From Octopus vulgaris (taxonomy: Eukaryota), in NCBI GenBank assembly GCA_951406725.2, contig OX597820.1, forward strand, positions 98,704,001 through 98,768,000: DNA of 64,000 bases. The letters run 5' to 3'. Below are positions 55,337-64,000 of the stretch, one piece after another (within the stretch, counting starts at the first letter, position 1; the number at the start of each line of letters is the position of its first letter). The notes beneath the pieces are model-generated. The model was given only the letters and a program-made list of their open reading frames with translations, made no database searches and was not told where the DNA came from. The position numbers and the translations under genes are program-made.

Positions 55337-57285
55337 CACATATATATACACTCATATATGAGTTTTATAAGTGGACAATTATTAAAGCGTGTACTCATAC
55401 ACACACACACACACACATATATAGATAGATGTATCTATATGTGTACATTCATATTTATTATATCAAAGACAATGTCTTTATGTGTGTTCGTGTGTTACTT
55501 ATACATTCGAAAACTACTGCACCGATCATAATGAAATTTGGAATACAAAATCGAAGCCTAGGGAGAAGGGTAATACTGTGTTTCATACAACTTCATGGAC
55601 CAAAATTACTGAATGGATCCTTATGATATTTAAAACTTAGATTCAATGCATGAGGGCGGTTATAATGCAATAAGTTTGTTTTGAATTTCAGATGGCTTAC
55701 AGAAGGCAGAACCCCCCATGATAATTCATAAATTTTCGATGTTGATGAAATTTTAACCATGGGTAATTGACATCACATCAAGAAGTATTCTCAAAGTTTC
55801 CACTTCACATGAGTATTCTAAGACACCCTAATGGTACTGAAATTTTAACCATGGGTAATTTACGATCTTTACGAAATTTGGAAATTATATTCTATGCATA
55901 AGGGCCACAACCCTCATGACAATTCATATATTTTTGCTGTTGAGGAAATTTTAACCATAGATATTAGATACAAATGAAGTGATATTTATAAGAGTTCATC
56001 TTCTTACAAGTTAGAAAGACCTCTTAATGGGGACTTAACACCCACAATTTTGTCATTTTATCTAAGCAAAGACGAATAGTTGTACTCTTGGAAGCTGTGG
56101 GGTCATCCGAGCATAGAAGATGAGCATTATTTGTAATTCAATGGTACAACAGTGAAAGAGTTTGCTTTGACATGCACTTACATTGTGATTTCTGCAATGT
56201 GCTGCATAAATTGTCAAGTACGAGAGATTTTGCCTCCATTGATTCAGTGTTGAGTAAAGTTATTTGATTGCAGACCTCCTTTCAGTTTTTTTATTATCAC
56301 TGGGTCACACATAGTCCCCAAATTGTTACATTGATTTCAAGACCTTCCCAGATGAGTGACTGGTTATTCAAAGACATTTATAGATTGTATATTTATTCTG
56401 TCCAGCTACGTATCAGTATAGTGGTCATTTGCAAACTCCAACTTTCATTTTCCTTAGCCCTCACGTCACACAGTTGTTGATGTTTATTTCAGTTGGGTCA
56501 CGCCCTTCCAATTGCTATAGATTCGTAATGCATCTTACGGATGTGCCTGTCACCTGGACGGTGAGGAATACTACATTGGGAGTGGTAACGACTAGGGTAC
56601 GGTAACTGACTGCTTATTGTGATCATTCGTCTTTCGGTTTCCTGTAGCTTTGCTCTCTTTTACAAACCCAGTGAACATATATTTCCTATTTCAAAGAAAT
56701 TCAAACAATAGATATAAGACCCAAGTGAAAAAGATTCTCAACAATTCATTAAGATGCCCACCCCCAATAGGGGCGTTAACTCTCACATTTTAGAGCTCAA
56801 TGACCTCCATTTTTCAGGAGCAAAATCCTTTTAACAGGTTCTATAAGACTGACATTTTGGAATATGAGCATAAAAATCAGTAGTATGGGATACATGTAGC
56901 ACGATTACAATTTTGTTTGGGTGTATAAAGAGGGAAATAACCCTCATCTGCAATTTTGATGAAATTCGAAACAGGTATTCCAGTTCATTAGAGAAAATAA
57001 AACAGAAAATATAACAAAATGCGTAGTGGTATTTCGTCCGTCATAATATTGAGAAAGAGTTGGTCTGCCGTTGGGACATTGTTGATCACATCCTGAAGTC
57101 CCTCGTAGAACTGATCTTTCTTCTCAATTTCTGCTTTCGAATCGGAGCATAAGCACTAATGAGATGGTCCATTCCAGTTATAATCTCCACTTCCATGATA
57201 GTGACGAGCTCACGTATGTCTCGATGAGTACTGATCTTGTCTTCAATAGTATGTAACTCGGGGTACGCTGATTAACTCTGCAAGT

Positions 57286-57345
<60 letters not shown>

Positions 57346-57691
57346 CTATATGTAGCGAACTGACACTCCTTCGGTTACGGTGAAGCGGGTTCCACTTCAT
57401 TTGATCAGCGGAACGGCTTGCTCGTAAAATGAAAGTGCATGTAATTGAGCACTCCCCAAATACGCATGCTCTAACCTAGTTTTTAGGGAGATTCAGCATG
57501 ACACGGAATGTGACGATGTTGGCCCGATGAATTACATGTACAAATTGTAACGGGTTGAATTACGGGTACGATGGACTGGAATTACGAGAAATAAAGTGTC
57601 TTTCTCAAGAACACAACGCGCTAGGGAATCGAACTCACGACCATACGAACGTGAGCCGAATATACACTAACCACTAAGCCACTACCTTCAC

Positions 57692-57742
<51 letters not shown>

Positions 57743-57917
57743 TATCTGTATATTTATGTACATGAATAGTGAGTAAGAAAGGTATTCAGAAAAAATAAAT
57801 ACATATGTCTTTGCATATGCACATTTATTGTTTATGCAAATGTGTGTATATGTATGTATACTCATACGCACACACATACATACATACATACATACATACA
57901 TACATAAATAAATAAAT

Positions 57918-57949
<32 letters not shown>

Positions 57950-58162
57950 CTCTTTTACTCTTTTACTTGTTTCAGTCATTTGACTGCGGCCATGCTGGAG
58001 CACCGCCTTTAATCGAGCAACTCGACCCCGAGGCTTATTCTTTTGTAAGCCCAGTACTATCGGTCTCTTTTGTCGAACCGCTAAGTAACGGGGACATAAA
58101 CACACCAGCATCGGTTGTCAAGCAATGCTAGGGGGACAAACACAGACACACAAACAAACACA

Positions 58163-58218
<56 letters not shown>

Positions 58219-58388
58219 TACGACAGGCTTCTTTTTTCAGTTTCCGTCTACCAAATCCACTCACAAGGCTTTGGTCGGCCTGAGGCTATAGCTATAGTAG
58301 AAGACACTTGCCCAAGGTGCCACGCAGTGGGACTGAACCCGGAACCATGTGGCTGGTAAACAAGCTACTTACCACACAGCCACTCCTA
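57950..58388 (-). mobile_element. SINE family A
   Basis: Homology. Confidence 0.85.
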
Positions 58389-58422
58389 TATATATATTCT
58401 AGTTTATATGTATGCATGTGTA

Positions 58423-58459
<37 letters not shown>

Positions 58460-58464
58460 GTGTG

Positions 58465-58529
<65 letters not shown>

Positions 58530-58958
58530 GTACACGCTTTAATAATTGTCCACTTATAAAACTCATGTGTGAAATCAAAAGGCCTTTTGATCAGAAACCA
58601 TGAAAACTGTTATGAGTCACTTATTAAAGTAAGACACAGCAACATCCTGATTGTCTCTTATTTCTATAAACAACTAACCACCTCCTAAGCGATTATTTAA
58701 CAGATACACGATCAGATATACATCATTTTTAATAATGATTTATGTGGCTGAAAGCAGACATGTCAAGACAGCACAGAAAATACTTATTAGTTATAATTGC
58801 TAACTGCAGAAGGGTCTCTGGTATCAGAGACCTTTCTGCTGTTTCGCAATTATATTCAGGACAAATACTAATTGGTAGTTTTTTTAAGGTTAAAATTTAG
58901 GTAGCTCTAAGTCTTATATTAGTATTTAAACTGATAAAAACATGTGTTCATTATACTG

Positions 58959-59344
58959 GAATGGAAGCACTCCGTCGGTTACGACGACGAGGGTTCCGGT
59001 TGATCCGAATCAACGGAACAGCCTGCTCGTGAAATTAACGTGTAAGTGGCTGAGCACTCCACATACACGTGTACCCTTAACGTAGTTCTCGGGGATATTC
59101 AGCGTGACACAGAGAGTGACAAGGCCGGCCCTTTGAGATACAGGTACAACAGAAACAGGAAGTAAGGGTGAGAGAAAGTTGTGGTGAAAGAGTACAGCAG
59201 GGATCACCACCATCCCCGCCGGGGCCTCGTGGAGCTTTAGGTGTTTTAGCTCAATAAACACTCACAACGCCCGGTCTGGGAATCGAAACCGCGATCCTAC
59301 GACTGCGAGTCCGCTACCCTAACCAGTGGGCCATTGCGCCTCCA
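58959..59344 (-). mobile_element. SINE family C, tail type 2, with TSD
   Basis: Near-identical to 28296-28680; TSD tgttcattatactg at 58945-58958 and 59347-59360. Confidence 0.9.
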
Positions 59345-59433
59345 CATGTTCATTATACTGCATTGAAAGGCGACGAGCTGGCAGAATCGCTAGTATGTCG
59401 GTCAAAATGCTTAGTGGCATTTCGTCCGTCATT

Positions 59434-60046
59434 ATATTGAGAAAGAGTTGGTCTGCCGTTGGGACACTGTTGATCACATCCTGAAGTTCCTCGTAGAACT
59501 GATCTTTCTTCTCAATTTCTGCTTTCGAATTGGAGCATATGCACTAATGAGATGGATCATTCCAGTTATAATCTCCACTTCCATGATAGTGACGAGGTCA
59601 GGTATCTCTCGATGAGTACTGATCTTGTTCAGTAATCTGTTGTGTACTGCGAACCCCACACCATGGATTCTCCTCTCATCTTCCCCAAGACCCTTCTAGA
59701 AGAATGTGATTTCTTTCCTTAATGGAACCAGAGTCAGTAACCCTTGTCTCTTGCACGACAGTGATGTCTACATTCAGTTGTGTGAGCTCCCTGTCAATGA
59801 TTGCCGTTTTCCTAATGTCCTTTGTTTTGTCCCGAGCGGTAATGTCCATTCCGGTTACAGGTGCTGCCTGAAGATAGTTTGGATCATTCCTCCCCATCAA
59901 CTGCCTTAGGGGCCCTCTCTCTGGATTTTCTGTTTGGGTTTACCCCCTTAGCAATTCATAGTCCTGTATGTGTCTACAAGGCAACAGAAACAGCCGCAGG
60001 TTGTACCATCTACTGGCATTTTGGTAGCAGCACTAGTCTGACCTGA
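59434..60046 (-). mobile_element. RTE-clade LINE 5' fragment (APE endonuclease)
   Basis: RKTAIIDRELTQLNVDITVVQETRVTDSGSIKE; GVGFAV; LISAYAP; partial duplicate at 57034-57240. Confidence 0.85.
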
Positions 60047-60245
60047 CACACACACATGACGCGCACCCCCCCCCCATACACACACACAAAGATATATATA
60101 AAAAATAAAAATAAATAGTAAAATGATATATATAGATAAAAGATATGCTATTGAGAAATAGAAGATAATATATATACATAAAAGTAAAACTATATAAGTA
60201 GAAATATAATTTAAAATGTGACCTATATATATATATATATATATA

Positions 60246-60283
<38 letters not shown>

Positions 60284-60288
<5 letters not shown>

Positions 60289-60420
60289 ATATTAGGGAAT
60301 AAATCCAAACTTACAGGGAATAATTAGATTTAGGTTTAAATCCAATTTTATAGTATAAATATATCATATTATATTATATTAAATTAGAGATAAAACCACT
60401 ATTAGGCAAATCAAACAGTG
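60284..60420 (-). mobile_element. Terminal fragment of PLE family H2
   Basis: attagggaataaatccaaa.ttacaggga...aaaaccactatt matches reverse complement of 21970-22076; abuts (TA)n. Confidence 0.7.
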
Positions 60421-60482
60421 AAAAACATAAAAGTTAAAAATTAAAATTATTTAAATAATTATTTAAATAATTTAAACTTATA

Positions 60483-60556
<74 letters not shown>

Positions 60557-61020
60557 ATATTTTTATATTTATATATTATTTTGTTAATTAATGATTAATT
60601 AGTTTATTTATTTATTTATTATTTTTTTTTATAAATATCAAAAGTATTAAAAGTTTAATACATTACAGACATTTTTTTACAAACATTTTGTTGGATGGCC
60701 GTTGAATGTTCATGGAGTTCCTCTGCCCTTTGATGGCTTATGTTTTTTATCCCGCAGGGTGTCCAACACACCCTCCTCACCATGCAAGCCTGGTGAGGTT
60801 GCCAGTTTAGTCACCGACGACCCGACCATGCAACAGGTTGTACTGGGTTACATGTTACCAGTAACACTCTAGAGTGACCTGACGTTATATATATATAAAA
60901 TGTAGCGCGGAATTTTTTCAGTGAACAGATCGCAGTTTCAAAGCGACAAAAATATTTTGACAAATTAAATTTTAATGTTGAAGTGAATCTAACGGTTTTT
61001 GTGTGTTTTTAAATGGCTAT

Positions 61021-61609
61021 CCCACACTCCTCCCCCACATACCTCACCTCTACACCCACTCTCTGCCTACCCACAACCCCCACTCTACCCCAACCCCCAG
61101 CCGAACCCACACCCCACCCGTGCTTTCCCCACTCTCGCCTCCCTCTCCTCCCCACAATATCACACCATACCACACTACACCATACAACATTACACATCAC
61201 ATCACAACACACCACCCTCACACCCATCCCCACATCTTCCCACCTACATATACATACACACACACGTCCAGGCCACCAGCACTCTTTCACACGCACATAC
61301 ATACTCTCTTATACACACACGCACCTTTGTGTTGGGGGGTCATCTTTACCTTATTATCTCCCCTACTTTCCTACTCCCCTACTTTCCTATTCCCCTACTT
61401 TCCTCCTCCCATCTGACCATTCTGTCCGAGTCAGACGCCATGATAGATCGTTAGCCACTACATACATTTTTTCTCTCATTTTTTTTTCTGTGTACCTTTC
61501 TGTAGAAGAGCGTAGGCTCGAAACGTAAAAGACTTTTTCTATTCCTGAGCGTTATACTAATACATCTGTTTGTTTTGTACACCACCTATCTTCGCCTTTT
61601 TTTTTCGTA

Positions 61610-61612
<3 letters not shown>
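61021..61612 (+). mobile_element. PLE family H1 with C/A-rich upstream region; HHR-like motif 61496-61531
   Basis: cttt-CTGTAGA-a-gagc(gtag)gctc-GAAACGTA-aaag; ends in (TA)n. Confidence 0.65.
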
Positions 61613-61688
<76 letters not shown>

Positions 61689-61829
61689 CGCATGTAAAAA
61701 TGTATACGTGTATATATGCGTATGTACGTATACATATAAGCTTCACCTACACGTTGGGAAATTGAATTTTGTTTCAAGTAATTGGTAACTCACATCTCGT
61801 GAGTTTTGTTCTTTCATGCAAACACGTAT

Positions 61830-62190
61830 GCAGGATATTCGGACTAAATATATGTTTCTCAACCGCGTCCCACACATAGTAATCCATAGGATTATAATCG
61901 AGGGAATTAGAAAGCAAGAAATTGGAGATTGGTAAGTTGCAGAAATTCTCCAACGACCAGTTTTGAAATCCTATGATGGTATAACAAGGAACCGAATCCT
62001 GCTGCCACACATATATCCTTCCAGCAGCAATCCTATCCAGCCAGAGTTTGCTCAGTATCCAGCAGCTTCACATAATCGTCTGAATTGAGCTAAAGTCCCT
62101 AGTCATAGACGTGGGGGTGGTGTGACGTCACCCTCAATAGAGACATATGCGGAAACCATCATAGTTTGGGGAAACTTGGCTTTCATGATA
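61830..62190 (-). mobile_element. Decayed maT/DD37D-like Tc1-mariner transposase fragment
   Basis: KFPQTMMVSAYVSIEG; WQQDSVPCY; NSLDYNPMDYYVWDAVE. Confidence 0.75.
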
Positions 62191-62398
62191 TTCATGTCAC
62201 GTCCTACAGCCTTTACAATGTTCACAGAGCAATAAGCAAGTCATGAAGTCGGCATTTTCATACCCGGTGTAAATCACCATGATACAGTTAACCCTTTTCC
62301 AATAGTCAGGTGGCTTCCAGTCCCCCATGTCAGCTAACTTATATAACCATAATCTTTCTGCTCCCCAACGCCAAGCTGTTCCTGAGAAAATGAGACAT

Positions 62399-62695
62399 AA
62401 AAATCGTCAAATTTAGCCCGAACACCTTGTATACTCCGATTAAACTCGGCTTTCAATATATACTCCGGCAGACAAAAGTTATAATTAACTCAGATGGCTT
62501 CTAGTCCTCCATGTCACCTAACTTTTACGCAACTACAACTATGCTCACCAAGCCCATTGAATATTCACAAATACTCCAAGCAATTCTTGATAAAAGGAAA
62601 CATTAAAAAATCGTCAAATTTAGCCCAAACACTGTATACTCCGACTAAACTCGGCTTTCAATATATGCTCCGGCAGACAAAAGTTCTAATTAATT
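62399..62695 (+). repeat. ~90-bp direct repeat pair
   Basis: aaaaatcgtcaaatttagccc...ggcagacaaaagtt at ~62399 and ~62606. Confidence 0.85.
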
Positions 62696-62849
62696 TGCTT
62701 AGAGATTAAGTAGTTTCCTCTTAATTTTCTCGGAGATTAAATGTGTCCCGGTAATTAACATACATTTCGTTGCAATAAATGTATGTAATAGTTTTCTTGG
62801 TTTCACAGAGTCTAGATACGCCAAGGGTGGGTGGGTGTGTGTGTGAATG

Positions 62850-62880
<31 letters not shown>

Positions 62881-62974
62881 GTAGACATTCGTGTGTATAT
62901 ACATATATATATATACACACATATATATACGTACATACATACATACATACATACATACAACATACATACATACA

Positions 62975-63032
<58 letters not shown>

Positions 63033-64000
63033 TGTATGTATGTATGTATGTATGTATGTAGGGTGGGTACTCGGGTGTTCAGAAAGTACTTACATATTTC
63101 TCTGACATAAATTATACGTCAGTCAGCTTAGGCGTGATTAGCATTAAACGGTATAAAATAACATTTAGATCTAGTTTATCATTTTCTATTCCATCCAGCA
63201 GTGTATCGTCTGTAGTGCGTGTACATTTAAGCTTAACGTCCATTCAAAATATTATCTTCAAAAGTAGCATATTAATAACTGGCTACTATATGAATTTCGA
63301 AACTAGTATAGTAGTGCTACAAACATAACAACGAAAACTATTTGTAGACTATATACTGATGTAGTAACACTCGTAAATGCCAGCCGTGGTATCATCTAAA
63401 GATTAAAAATGGCGATTATCTGTTTGATAAGCCTCGCTCTGGGACACAAATCATTTTGTGTGACGATCTTTTGCGAGAAACACTTGAATCAGGTCTTCGT
63501 TAAAGCGCGTGAGATTTGTCGCATAAACTGAATGAATCATGTTTAACAAATCGACGGCAGATCTCATAAAAATTGCAGAAAAAATACTTGGAAGGGATTT
63601 TGCTTCTTTATGAGATCTTGCACGAGAGCCAAACTCAACGTTCTCCCATTTACTTACAGCATTTACTTGACCAGGAAAAAAAACGAAGTCTCGCTCTTGC
63701 ACTTATTATCTTAATAATTCGTACAGGTTGAATAATATGATAATGGGTTCCCTGCACAGAGGAAAAAAACGAAATGGTCATGGCTGGAATACCTTTGATA
63801 ATTTTGCTCGTTGTCTGTTGACCTGGCAATAAATAATGAAATTGAAAGCAAATACAATGGTGTCATCAGTATGAACAATAAGCTGTAAGCCTCTTAATGG
63901 ACGCAAAAGCTTCTAGAAACAGCTGTCAAATATCCTTTACACTCTACTTACTAGACGTTGCTGCTTTTCTCGGCGCCATTTTTGCTGTTGACGTTGCTTT

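Noticed and set aside
62930-63060. (TACA)n/(TATG)n palindrome as functional hairpin
   Set aside because: Common consequence of microsatellite inversion around a TA centre; similar cases at 13225 and 17437

Overview
AT-rich, microsatellite-dense eukaryotic (animal) DNA. The tRNA-headed SINE families resemble those I know from Octopus genomes (inference, not verified). No host protein-coding gene can be supported; nearly all long ORFs in the track are translated simple repeats. The window is a transposon graveyard: three SINE families, 3' ends of CR1/L2-like LINEs, RTE and L1/Tx1 fragments, several Tc1/mariner fossils and MITEs, two non-autonomous Helitrons and a Penelope-like (PLE, Naiad-type) RT fragment. 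The main signal is about 12 minimal type-I hammerhead-ribozyme (HHR) motifs from at least 6 sequence families. Most sit in short elements that end in (TA)n, often as asymmetric inverted repeats, as expected for PLE pseudo-LTRs. Several carry non-canonical catalytic cores (G3-C8 swap, A6U, U4C, A9C). Also notable: a 3.7-copy ~847-bp tandem array inside a (TA)n tract, a ~1.6-kb 34-bp minisatellite derived from an internal SINE segment that carries a 41-bp exact copy of DNA 5.3 kb away, and a cluster of other short locally duplicated segments. All folds and alignments were done by eye.
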